A DNA stretch of 64,000 nucleotides from Sphyrna mokarran (Eukaryota), in contig JAGIQG010000022.1 in NCBI GenBank assembly GCA_024679065.1, forward strand, positions 23,684,001-23,748,000, given 5' to 3'. The notes under the pieces were generated by a model that was not told the origin of the DNA, searched no databases, and saw nothing but the letters and a program-made list of their open reading frames with translations. The position numbers and the translations under genes are program-made. Positions 1-10,440 of this stretch are shown one piece after another (the stretch's first letter is position 1; each line of letters opens with the position of its first letter).

Positions 1-176
1 CCACAGTCTAAAGATGTGCAGGTTAGGTTGATTGGCCGTGCTAAATTGCCCCTTAGTATTGTGGGGGGGAATTAGTAGTGTAAATACCTGGGATTATAGG
101 GATAGGCCTTGGGTGGGATTGTTGTCGGTGCAGGCCAGAATGGCCTCCTTCTGCAATGCAGGGAATTTATGATTCT
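1..176 (+). mobile_element. HE1/V-SINE, 3' portion (cut by window edge)
   Basis: V-domain CCACAGTCTAAAGATGTGCAGGTTAGGTTGATTGGCCGTGCTAAATTGCCCC followed by CR1-type tail GAATGGCCTCCTTCTGCA...TATGATTCT. Confidence 0.92.
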
Positions 177-443
177 TGTCATATTGATAAGATCCCATTT
201 CAGAAAATGGAGAATAATCATATGGATGCCTGAACAGGCAAAACATGCTGAGATGTAGAGACATTTAGGAGCAAAGAAATGTCACACTGATTTTCCACCT
301 AATTCCAAATACCTAGAATGACAATTTCAGAACCATTCCACCAGAATGGAAATGAAAATGACTACAATAACTGCATATATTGCTCTATTTGCAGTTTGTC
401 AGTACTTTGGCTACCTAGAAATGACCAGATTATTTCTGATGTG

Positions 444-1444
444 CAATCTCATATATTGAAGACCCAAAGCCCATCAAAATCAAAACTATTCAGGAGCAAT
501 TATGTCTCAAATCAAATGAGCCAGTTGGATTAGTTTTTTTTTGTAACAGATAGTTTATCGGCATTACAAAGTATTTGTGTATTGGGCCCAAATAGGTCAT
601 TCAGCATGTCTAACTCACACCATTCTTCATGCTCGATATAAGGCTTTTTCCTTTTCACCTAACCCCATCAGTAAACATATTGTTCCTTTCTCTCTCATGT
701 GTTGATAGAGTCATAGAGATTTACAACATGGAAATAGGTACTTCGGCCCAAATTGACCATGTTGCGCCAGCCTTTTGTAAAGCCCTGATCTAATCCCAAT
801 TGCCGACATTTAGTCGTTATCCCTCTATGCCCATCTTACCCATGTAAACGTCCAAATACTTTTTAAAATACAAAGTTGTACCTGCCTCGACTACCACCTC
901 TGGCAGCTTGTTCCAGGCACTCATCACCTCAGTGTTAGAAAATTGCTGCTCTGAACTCTTTTGTATCTCTTCTTTCTCACCTTAAACCTATGCCTTCTAT
1001 TTTTAGACTCCCTCACCTTTAGGAAAAGATATTGACTATCTACCTGAATTATGCCCCTCATTATTTTGTAGACCTCTATAAGATCACCCATAAGCTTCCT
1101 ATGCTCTGGAGACAAAGTCCCAGTCTATTCAATCTCTCCCTATAACTCAAACCATCAAGTCCTGGTAGAATCCTAGCAAATCTTTTCTACACTTTTTCTT
1201 GTTTAATAATATCCTCCCCAAAAAAGGGTGACCAGAACTGTATACCTTATATCGAGCATGAAGAATGGCGTGGGTTAGACATGCTGAATGACATATTTGG
1301 GTCCAATACACAAATACTTTGTAATGCCGATAAACTATCTGTTACAAAAAAAAACTAATCCAACTGGCTCATTTGATTTAAGACATAATTGCCCCTGAAT
1401 AGTTTTGATTTTGATGGGCTTTGGGTCTTCAATATATGAGATTG
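444..1444. repeat. 200 bp inverted repeat: 444-643 versus 1245-1444
   Basis: CAATCTCATATATTGAAGACCC...GCTCGATATAAGG is reverse-complemented at 1245-1444 (CCTTATATCGAGC...CTTCAATATATGAGATTG); about 6 mismatches by eye. Confidence 0.97.
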
Positions 1445-1515
1445 TAGCCTTACCAATGTCTTGATCTAAGTTCTCCTTGAATGAATCTATAACATTCTCC
1501 TCAACTACTCCTTGG
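575..1515 (-). mobile_element. Old CR1-type LINE 3' end/UTR, split (575-704 and 1464-1515) by a younger CR1 insertion
   Basis: Reverse complement reads GGAGTAGTTGAGGAGAATGTTATAGATTCATTCAAGGAGAACTTAGAT / CATGAGAGAGAAAGGAA...CTGAATG, a CR1 3' end pattern. Confidence 0.7.
705..1463 (-). mobile_element. HER1/CR1 LINE 3' fragment
   Basis: Starts with tail complement ATAGAGTCATAGAG; ORF 924-1115 LMGDLIEVYKIMRG...RHRFKV is the CR1 ORF2 C-terminus. Confidence 0.92.
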
Positions 1516-1526
1516 TTTATCTTTTA

Positions 1527-1862
1527 TGGGGAGGCAGTGGCATGGTGGCTTAATTAATGGACCTTCGACCCAGAATAATGCTCTGAGAACACAGGTTCGA
1601 ATCCCACCATGGCAGATGCTGAAATGTGAATTAATTAAAAATCTGGAATTAAAAGTCTAATGAAGACCATGAAACTATCGACAGTTGTTGTAAAAATGCA
1701 TGTGGTTTAATAATAGTCTTCAGCGAAGGAAATCTGCCGTTCTCACCTGGCCTGCCCTGCAAGTGACTCCGGACCCTCAGTAAAGTGGTTGACTCTTAAC
1801 TTAGTGATGGCTTAGTGATGGCCCAGCTAGCGATGTCCACATCCCATGAACAAATTTAAAAA
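1527..1862 (+). mobile_element. tRNA-derived SINE (here 'family B')
   Basis: A box GGCAGTGGCATGGTGG, B box GGTTCGAATCCC, body ATGAAGACCATGAAAC...GGAAATCTGCC, tail CCACATCCCATGAA-A-rich; other copies at 5260, 22830, 50025. Confidence 0.85.
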
Positions 1863-1887
1863 CATAAAGTTTTCTCATGACAGGTTA

Positions 1888-2081
1888 TTCGCCATTCTTT
1901 CATGTTGCTGGAACCCACCGCTTCTTCTCTGACAGCACTGTATGGATGTTCCTACACTGCAGGGACTGCAACATTTCAAGAAGGGAGCTTGCCACCATTT
2001 ACTGAAGGGCAATTAGGGATGGGCAACAATGCTAGCCTAGCCATTGAAGCCAATATCCCAGAAAATGAATTTAAAAAAAAA
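1888..2081 (+). mobile_element. 3' end of a CR1-group LINE distinct from HER1 (probable partner of SINE family B)
   Basis: GGACTGCAACATTTCAAGAAGG...AAGGGCAATTAGGGATGGGCAACAATGC...poly-A. Confidence 0.8.
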
Positions 2082-3065
2082 TATTTAGAGGGGGCTGAAG
2101 GCTGGAGAAAAGAAGTCGAGAAGACGGTGTTTGTATGTCTGAATGTGCCTCACACGTGGGGAGCGTTGCTGTGACATGTAGCCAATGAGCCTTTGATCTC
2201 TTGACCCGCAATTAGTTATTCATTAGAAGATCTAAACTACACTGTTGTACTTGTTTCAAATGTGCACCTTCAAAGCTACAATTGTGCAGCTCGTTTTACT
2301 ACATGCACTCAAGCATGCCAAATGAACTGATCTATACTTTTTATTAAATGAAGACAGAATACTTAAATGTTTCCAAAAGACATCTCATTAATCACGTAGT
2401 GGTTAATGAATTGATGAAGCCTGCTTCCAACAATACATCATTTCTTTTTTAGGAGATTGACTCATTAGTATAAATTATGTGAACCATTTTAATGGCTCAT
2501 TTTTGTTCATTGATCCATTACCTAACCTAACTTTTATTAAATTCATAACGTTGATAAATTAGCAAGTGAAATAATTTTTAAATTACCCATCGCGTTTACG
2601 AAGTGTGGATGCAACAGTTTTCGCACAGCGCAGCAATATGTCAAATTAACCTCTTTCACTAAATTCTCCATCCACCGACTGGAGCAAGCCCGTCGCTTAG
2701 ATCGACATACACCACCCAGCAAGCTGCAGCTACAAATTATTTTTGAACAAGGCAACATTTCCTTTCTCTGCATGCATAGACCAGCACACTCGAGGGCTAA
2801 TTCTTTCAAATTAATGGTGTTTTTGTTTCACTGCAGCTGCATGGTGTGGACTGCCACGAATCAATTCAGTTGTTGCGTTCACCAATTGATTTAGTTCTGC
2901 CCATGCATGTGAGTTAAAGGCGGCAAGTGCCAAAAGCCAGAAACAGAACACAAATAAATGTCTTCTTTCAAACATCTTCAACAACGATAAACTTAAGATC
3001 ATGCTCCAAACTCAGGGACTGACTCACTGAGACTGCCTACTGAAAAAATTGCATGGCTGTGTACA

Positions 3066-3320
3066 GTTTATTAATTATCGTCACAAATCGACTTAACATT
3101 GCGGTGAAATTACTGTAAAAAATTTCCTAGTCGTCACTCTCCCAGCGCCTGTCCAGGAAGGAGAATTTAGTGTGGTCAATGAAACTAACCAGCACGTCTT
3201 CTGGACGATGGGAGGAAATAAGACCACTCAGAGGAAACTCCACTCTGTGACCCAAGCTGAGAATCGAACCCTACTCCCTGGAACTGTGAGGCAGCAGTGC
3301 TAACTATTGTCTCACTATGC
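3066..3320 (-). mobile_element. V-SINE with alternative (type 2) tail
   Basis: Reverse complement has tRNA head AGCACTGCTGCCTCACAG, V-domain, and a tail ending ...TTGTGACGATAATTAATAAA. Confidence 0.85.
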
Positions 3321-3564
3321 TAGTGATTTTAAAATCCAGTAATGTGCAGTGCTCTGTACTGGAGCTGTAAATTTACACATTCCTTTTCTTATTAGGTTGC
3401 ATGCACTTCCTCTTCTTCACCAAAAGGACAGTGGAAACTGAAACTGCCCCTACTCTTCCCCACGTTCCCCCCCCACCGCTGCCCTGCCCCAAAAAATTGT
3501 TGAAATTTGGCTGATTAAAAATGAGAACGATTACTGAGATAGTCATGAGAAAACTTTTTAAAAA

Positions 3565-4065
3565 GTAAACAGGGAGTAGTTGAGGAGAATGTTATAGATT
3601 TATTCAAGGGGAAATTAGATTAGCATATGCTTCACACTGCTGCCTCACAGCGCCAGGGAGTTGAGTTCAATTCTGGCCTCGGGTCATTGTCTGTGTGGAG
3701 TTTGCACATTCTCGCTCTGTCTGCATGGGTTTTCCCTAGATGCTCCAATTTTCTCTGTCAATCTGAAGATGCACAGGTTGAGTGGATTGGCCATGCTAAA
3801 TTGCTCCTTTATGTATAAGGGATTTAGTAAGGTAAATATGCAGGCTTATGGGGATAGAGCCTGGCTGGGATTGCTGGCACTGCAGGCTCAATGGGCTGAA
3901 TGACCTCCTGCTGTACTGTGGAGATTCTATGAATCTTTGAGAGAGAAAGGAATAATGTGTTTATTGATAGAGTTAGATGAAGTGAGGTGGGAGAAGCCTT
4001 ATGTAGCTATGAACAATGGCATGAGCAGACATACTGAATGGACTGTTTTGGTGCTAAAAGTGCTG
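3565..4065 (+). mobile_element. Old CR1-type 3' UTR, split by HE1 insertion (3565-3626 and 3936-4065)
   Basis: GGGAGTAGTTGAGGAGAATGTTATAGAT...TTAGAT / TGAGAGAGAAAGGAA...CTGAATGG; same family as 575-1515, opposite orientation. Confidence 0.7.
3627..3935 (+). mobile_element. HE1/V-SINE
   Basis: CACTGCTGCCTCACAGCGCCAGGG...GTGGAGTTTGCACATTCTC...GGCCATGCTAAATTG...GATTCTATGAATCT. Confidence 0.93.
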
Positions 4066-4299
4066 TTCATATCATGGATCAGCCATGATGCTTTTGAATG
4101 GGGGAGCAGAGAGAATGTGTGGAATAAACTGCTCCAATTAATGGTTTTGCATGACATTTCTTTGTATTTCTTTAGTGTGTTAATTAAATGAATGACTAAC
4201 AAGAAATCTAAATAAATGTAGAAACATTGCATGTTGATAATAACAAACAGTGTGGTTTCAATTGCTTTGTTCTAATAAATTTATTTTGCACTCCTTCCT

Positions 4300-4548
4300 A
4301 GGTCAGTATATCCCTTGTAAGGTGTGGTTCCCAGAACTTGTCACAGTGTTCCAGGTGTAATCTAATGTAATCTAACTGGAGCTTTGTATAGCTTAAGCTT
4401 CTATCATAGAGTTCTAGATATAAAGGATAGCTTTCTATTAGCCATTTTAGTTACTTTCTGTCCTCCTCACGGCCTGGACACCCAAATCTCTTTGGACCTC
4501 CACTTTTCTAGCTTTTCCTCATTCAAAAGTATCTTGTTCTTTCCTTTC
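4300..4548 (-). mobile_element. Degenerate CR1 ORF2 fragment
   Basis: AAGGTGTGGTTCCCAGAACT..CACAGTGTTCCAGGTG is the complement of the CR1 HLEYCVQFW.P motif. Confidence 0.65.
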
Positions 4549-4838
4549 AGAATCATAGAATCCCTACAGTACAGAAAGAGACCATTCTGCCTATCAAGTC
4601 TGTACTGACTGCAACTCCATCCAGGCCCTATTCCCGTAACCCCACACATTTACCCTAGCTAATTCTCTGACACTAAGAGGCAATTTAGCATGGCCAATCT
4701 ACCTAACCCACACATCTTTGGACTGTGGGAGGAAACCAGAGAAACCCATGCAGACACGGGGAGAAAGTGCAACCCCCAACAGTGACCCGAGAGTGGAATT
4801 GAACCCAAGTCCCTAGCACTGTCAGGCAGCAGTGCTGT
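4549..4838 (-). mobile_element. HE1/V-SINE
   Basis: AGAATCATAGAATCCCTACAGT...TTTAGCATGGCCAATCTACCTAACC...AGGCAGCAGTGCT. Confidence 0.93.
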
Positions 4839-5259
4839 ACCTCAGATTCCAAATAGGATGACCAAAGTGATTATAATACCCATTGTGCATCAAGGAGAAG
4901 AAAAAAAGGAAAATTAAATAAATTGTTTTCTTTCACATTACCCACTGATCAAAATATAACGTCATATTAATTCCTGAAAAATATCCTCTCAGGCATATAA
5001 CAGGTAATGTGGGACAGAGTACAGTACATGCCCACACAGTGATGTGAGACAACATTCAACCAATACCTAAAAGTCAGTGTGGTGTAGAATAGAAGAAAGA
5101 AGTGTAGAAATAAACATGGAGACAGCTCCTAGCCTGAACCTTTACTGTATTGAATAGTTAATAAAGTTACTGATGAACTATTTAAGGTTACAAATACCTT
5201 ACTAAAGCCTAACAGTTTATGCCAAACACCCGAGAAGATTAGATTAAATTGTGTAGAGT

Positions 5260-5405
5260 GGGGAGACAGTGGCATTTTGGTATTCTTGGTGGACTAATAA
5301 TCCAACTTTGGATTATTCCAGAGAGCCAGTTTTGAATCTGGAATTAAATTAAAAGTCTAATGATGACCATGCAATCATTATCAATTGTTATAAAAGTCCA
5401 TCAGA
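5260..5405 (+). mobile_element. SINE family B, 5' fragment
   Basis: GGGGAGACAGTGGCAT...AATCTGGAATTAAA..GTCTAATGATGACCATG. Confidence 0.7.
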
Positions 5406-5812
5406 TTTTGATCCACTGACAGTGAAGAAACAGCAATATATTCAAGTCAGGATGGTGAGTGGTTTGAAGGGGAGTTTGCAAGTGATGGTGTTGCCGTGTA
5501 TTTACTACAGGTCATCAGTTTGCAAAGTGCTGTCTAAGATTCCTGCAGTGCATCTTGTAGATGGGTACACAGTGCATCTTGTATATGGGAACACAGTGCT
5601 GCTACTGTATGTCGGAGATGCATGGAATGGATATTTTTGGATGGGGTTCTAATTAAGTGGACTGCTTTGCCCTGAATGGTGACCATCTTCTTGAGTGCTG
5701 TTGGAGCTGCACCTATCCAGGCAAACGGATGTATTCCATCACACAACTGATTAGTGCCTTGTAGATGGTGGATAGACTTTGGGAAGCACAAAGGTGAGTT
5801 ACTTACTGCATC
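5405..5812 (-). mobile_element. CR1-group LINE ORF2 C-terminal fragment (family-B partner type)
   Basis: ORF 5534-5824: PFAWIGAAPTALKKMVTIQGKAVHLI...NIHSMHLRHTVAALC. Confidence 0.8.
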
Positions 5813-6353
5813 GTTCATTTTCATTCATGGTTCACCCACAGGGTTTGTAACACATACTTAAGTTAATAGCAGAAGAGTGAAGGCAGTGTTTGCTCTTATT
5901 CCTTAGCAGTGCCGAAGAAGTTAGCAGATATTTGAATGGTGTCATCCATAGACTAACAAGAAAGACATCCTGCTCAGTCAACTTGTTTAATATTACCCAG
6001 GAATATTGGAGGAGGGGTTCAGTGGGGATTTGTGTATTGAGTTAATTGGGTGCAGTTTAGACTCTGAATTGATTCTACACAAAAATCACTCATACAATAG
6101 AAGATCTCAATCAGTTGTCAAAAATATATTGCCATCTAAAGTACTGCAATGTTTCTAGTTAACCATTATTTACTCCAAGGACATCAAGAACTTGACGAAA
6201 TAAATTATACATACCCATACAAACTAATTAATTTAACATCATATGCAAAATATGATAAAGTGTGGCTACAGATGTGCATATCAAGACCCAATATTGAAAG
6301 ATGCCTGTGTGTTTCAGAATCAGGTTGGTTGTAAAACTATTAAATTGCTATCA

Positions 6354-6720
6354 TATCATAGAATAGAATCCCTACAGAGCAGGAGATGGTCATTCAATCC
6401 GTTGCTTCTGCACCAACTCTCTGACAGAGAATTTTAGCCAGGCCCAACCACCCCACCTCCCGTAACTCTGCACATTTACTGTAGCCAATCCACTAACGGC
6501 ATATCTTTGAAAACTGAGGAGCAATTTAACATGGCCAACTCAGCTAACCTGCACATCTTTAGACCGTGGGAGGAAGCTGATAGACATGGAGGAAATCCAC
6601 ATAGATATGCAGAGAACATACAAACTCCACACAAACAGTCATCCAAGGTCAGAATCACTGAACCAGGGTCCCTGGTGCTGTGAAGCAGCAGTGCTAATCA
6701 CTGTGCCACTCTGCCATCCC
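6354..6720 (-). mobile_element. HE1/V-SINE, near full length
   Basis: Tail complement ATCATAGAATAGAATCCCTACAG through head complement GCAGCAGTGCTAATCACTGTGCCAC. Confidence 0.92.
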
Positions 6721-7019
6721 TTATACATATGCAATTCTTGTGGGTCAAGTTATACATTTTAAAATCACAGCGTGTGAGACTTCATGACTCTTTTTGTAAA
6801 TGACTTTCAGATCACAGGTGTAGAGAAATTAAAAGATGGAGTGAAAACTCTTATGGTAAGGCCACAACCTGTGACAGTTTGGTCAACATTGAATATTATC
6901 TGTCTGCAAATGCATGCAATATAGCAGAGCTAGCTATGAATGGGAACCAAGGTCAAATCATTGGAATGCTGTACAAAGATTGAGAGAGCCAGTATCCTGT
7001 CTAAAGACTGAAATAACAA

Positions 7020-7545
7020 GTGGTCCACATGGACCATTAGCCACCAAGGATGCCTTGTATCTCCAGTGTAAGAAGATGTGCAAATGTGGTTTGCCAGGAT
7101 GCTGCCTTGATTAGAGGGCACAAGCTTTAAGGAGGGATGGACAATCCACAGTTCTTTTCTTTAGAGCATTGGAGGTTGAGGGGAGACGTGATAGAAGCCT
7201 ATAAAATTATGAGAGGCTTACATAGGGTTGACAATCAGAACCTTTTCCCCCAGACTTGAAATTTCTAATACTGGGTATATGCACTTCAGGTGAGAGGGTG
7301 AAAGTTTAAGGAAATGGATATGTTTTTTACACACAGAGTAGGTATCTGGAACACACTGCTAGGGGTGGTGGTGCAGGCAGATATGATAGGTGATGTTTAA
7401 GGGTCTTTTAGATAAGCACATGAATATGGAAGAAATAGGAAGATATGGACCAAGGGCAGGAAGAAGAGATTAGCTTAATTTGGCATCATGTTCAGCATAA
7501 CATTCTGAATTAAAGTGCTTTTCCTGTGGTTTTATGCTATATTCC
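7020..7545 (+). mobile_element. CR1 LINE 3' fragment
   Basis: GAGGTTGAGGGGAGACGTGATAGAAGCCTATAAAATTATGAGAGG (RLRGD.IE.YKIMR) followed by 3' UTR. Confidence 0.85.
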
Positions 7546-7717
7546 CTTTGTGTTGTCACAGCGGGAGTGATGACAGATCCTGTCATCAAATTAAGTGATG
7601 TCAGGGGTCCAAAAATTGGAATCTGAGCAAACAACGTCCTCTGTTCAATGTAATCCCTACATGTGGACAATAAAATAATGGGTGTGAGCCCAGTGGTAAA
7701 AAGCATGATGCTTTTTA

Positions 7718-9030
7718 CTTCATGCATTTACGGGCATTTGTTGCCCATCTCAAATTGTCCTGGAGAAGGTCATTATAAATTTTCCCTCAAGAATTGTGTG
7801 CTGTCAATAAAATCCATGGTGTTATTGGGGAGGTAGTTCCAGAATTTTGATCCAGCCAATTGAAAGAACAGTGATGGTCAGGATGGTGTGTGACTTGGTG
7901 GCACCTTGCAGATGCTGAAGTTTCCATCTTCCTGCCGTCCTTGTTCTCCCAGTTGTAGAAACTGTGGCTTTGGAAAGTTCTGTTGAAGGAAACTCATTGG
8001 GGGCAATCTTACCTTCTTGTCCTGCTGGCGGATGGATGGGGCGAGCCAGTAAAATCACGCCAGAGGTCAACATTCAGGATTGGGTTCGGAACAGAGAAAT
8101 CTGCATATGTGCCCATTCTTCCCATTTCCTCTGTGGGTTTCCTCTGGGTGTTCTGGTTTCCTTCTACAGTCTGAAAGACATGCTGGTTAGGTGCATTAGC
8201 CATGCTAAATTCTCCCTCAGTGTATCTGAAGAGATGTCAGAGTGTGATGACTAGAGTTTTCACAGTAACTTCATTGCAGTGTTAATGTAAGACTACCAAT
8301 GACACTAATAAATAAACTTAAACTTAAACACTGCCATGTGTTAGTGACAGAAAGAGAGAATATTTAAGTTGGTGGGTAGACTAATTTGTCATGGATGGTG
8401 CTAAACGTCTTGAGTGTTGTTGGAGCAAGTGTAGAATAGTATTCTATCACACTCCTCACTTGTGCTATGTAGATGCTGGATAGACTTTGGGGAGTGAGAA
8501 AGTGGTTTACCTGCCACAGAATTCCTAGCTTCTAACTTGCTGTTATACTCATAGTTCTGTTTCTGATCCACAATAATCTCTTGGAATGTTGATGGTGGGA
8601 TACTTAATGATGACGATACTGTGATTATCAAATGGAGGTGGTTAGATTATTTTTTATTGGAGGTGATTGTTTTCGGACACTTTGGAAGCATTAATGCTAC
8701 TTATCAACCCAAGCTTGGCTGTTGCTAAGACTTTGCTGGATGCAGTCAGAAATTTCTTCAGCACTTGATGAGTTGTGTGGAGTACAGAACACAGTGCAAT
8801 CATTGACAAAAAAAAACCCTCTTACTGTATGTTGGTGGGGAGGTCATTGGTGAAGCAGTTGGAAATGTTTGAACCTGGAACACTGCCTCAAGGAACTCCT
8901 GCAGCAATGCCCTGGGGCTGGGATGATTGGTCTTCGATAATCGCAACCATCTCCTTTTGTGCTATATCTGACTCAATGCCCTCTGCAGAGTTTTCCATCT
9001 GAAACCCATTTACTTCAATTTTACTCTGTC
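7718..9030 (-). mobile_element. CR1-group LINE 3' ~1 kb (family-B partner type), interrupted at about 7990-8330
   Basis: GCATTTGTTGCCCATCTCAAATTGTCCTGGAGAAGG tail complement; resumes after 8330 with TTGAGTGTTGTTGGAGC...GGAGGTCATTGGTGAAGCAG. Confidence 0.75.
8095..8328 (+). mobile_element. V-SINE type 2
   Basis: GGTGCATTAGCCATGCTAAATTCTCCCTCAGTGT...CAGTAACTTCATTGCAGTGTTAATGTAAG...GACACTAATAAATAAACTTAAACTT. Confidence 0.9.
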
Positions 9031-9401
9031 AAATAGCACGGTGTATCAAACATTTAACAGTGCAGGATATCAAAGTGACACAAGCTAACTCTGTCATCTA
9101 AGTTTCAGAGGATTAGAAACCAATCAGCTATATGAACTCTATAAATTAAATAACATTATACGCAGCTTCTTTACATTTCTGACAGTTGCATATGGACTGA
9201 ATATTTCAATTATGCTTTAGCTGATATAAACAATTAACCCATCTTCTGATTGATGAGCTGAATAATATATGACATTTGGATTTGAAGCAAAACAAAGTGA
9301 GGCAGACAATCAGCTTAATACAACTAAAAATGTGTCTCTTCTCACTTCTAAGAGGCTGATTTCCTCTCCTGACAATGAAGAATAATAAGAGTAGAAAATG
9401 T

Positions 9402-10440
9402 AGGTGGCACAGTGGTTAGCACTGCTGCTCAGAATGTCAGTGACCTGGGTTCAATTCCAGCCACGGATCACTGTCTGTGGAGTTTGCGCATTTTCCCCAT
9501 GTCTGTGTGCATATCCTCCCATAGTATAAAGGTATGTAGGTTAGCTGGATTGGCCAGGGCAGGATGCTGGACTTCAGTAAGATACTCTATCAGAAAGTTG
9601 GTGCAGTCTCCAGAGGCCCTATTTTACCATTTTGATTTTAAGTGTTGCGCGGACTTGAAACTAAGGATATTTCAGATCTGATTTTTAGACCTGTTCTCAG
9701 GCACCCCCATATGCACTCTGCCTGCAAAAGTGTCAGCAAATTTGATTCGCACTGCACAAGTCTGCGGACAGGGCTTAACACACCTAAAATCCTGCAGCTC
9801 CAATCGGCACCTCCAACTGCACACATGCAGAAAAAAATGCTAGAATGCTCCCTGCCACTTCACTCCCAGGGTAATGCCTCCGTCTAGCCTCCACAGATAT
9901 TGCCCCACACCCACAACATCTTTGATCTCCTTATCCCCCCCATCTGCTCTTCCACCCAGACTGACCATGAGCCCCTCCCCTCTCCCCCCTCACTGATCCT
10001 AGGCAGACTGGCAGCGGATGCCCCCTTACCCCTCACTGATCACAGGCAGATTGGCAGCAGATCCTCCTCCCCCCTGCAATCAGAGAGCCATTGGACACTA
10101 GGCGCTCATCTCTTCACTAACTGGAGCACCTGAATCAGACTTATATGTTTTGCATCGATTCCAAATTGTCAAACATGGTGGTAAAGGGCGAAGTACCGGT
10201 AAGGTTAGGCACGCAACTCATTCACTCAATTTAACGCATGCAAATATATTTTGTGTGCTATCCTGATCACAGCCATTTTCAGGCCTTAGTAAAGGGGAGA
10301 CAGGCATGGAGGTGAATGTGGATTGTGCTACCCTCCTCACGATCAATTTTACCAAAACAAAAACAGGCACAATGAGATGATAAAATTGGAACCGCTGGGT
10401 CGAATGGCCTCCTTCTACAATGTGAGGATTCTATAATTCT
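9402..10440 (+). mobile_element. HE1/V-SINE interrupted by a MITE
   Basis: Head GGTGGCACAGTGGTTAGCACTGCTG near 9403; tail resumes near 10395 with TGGGTCGAATGGCCTCCTTCT...GATTCTATAATTCT. Confidence 0.88.
9614..10393. mobile_element. Non-autonomous DNA transposon (Harbinger-like MITE)
   Basis: Imperfect TIRs GGCCCTATTTTACCA ... TGATAAAATTGGAACC, C-rich interior, splits an HE1 tail. Confidence 0.7.

Noticed and set aside
1527-1612. tRNA-like A/B boxes (also in HE1 heads)
   Set aside because: These are SINE heads continuous with SINE bodies, not cloverleaf tRNA genes.
2543-3002. Two adjacent minus-strand ORFs (88 and 63 aa), one with a signal-peptide-like start
   Set aside because: No recognisable homology or splice structure, and non-ATG starts; more plausibly non-coding.
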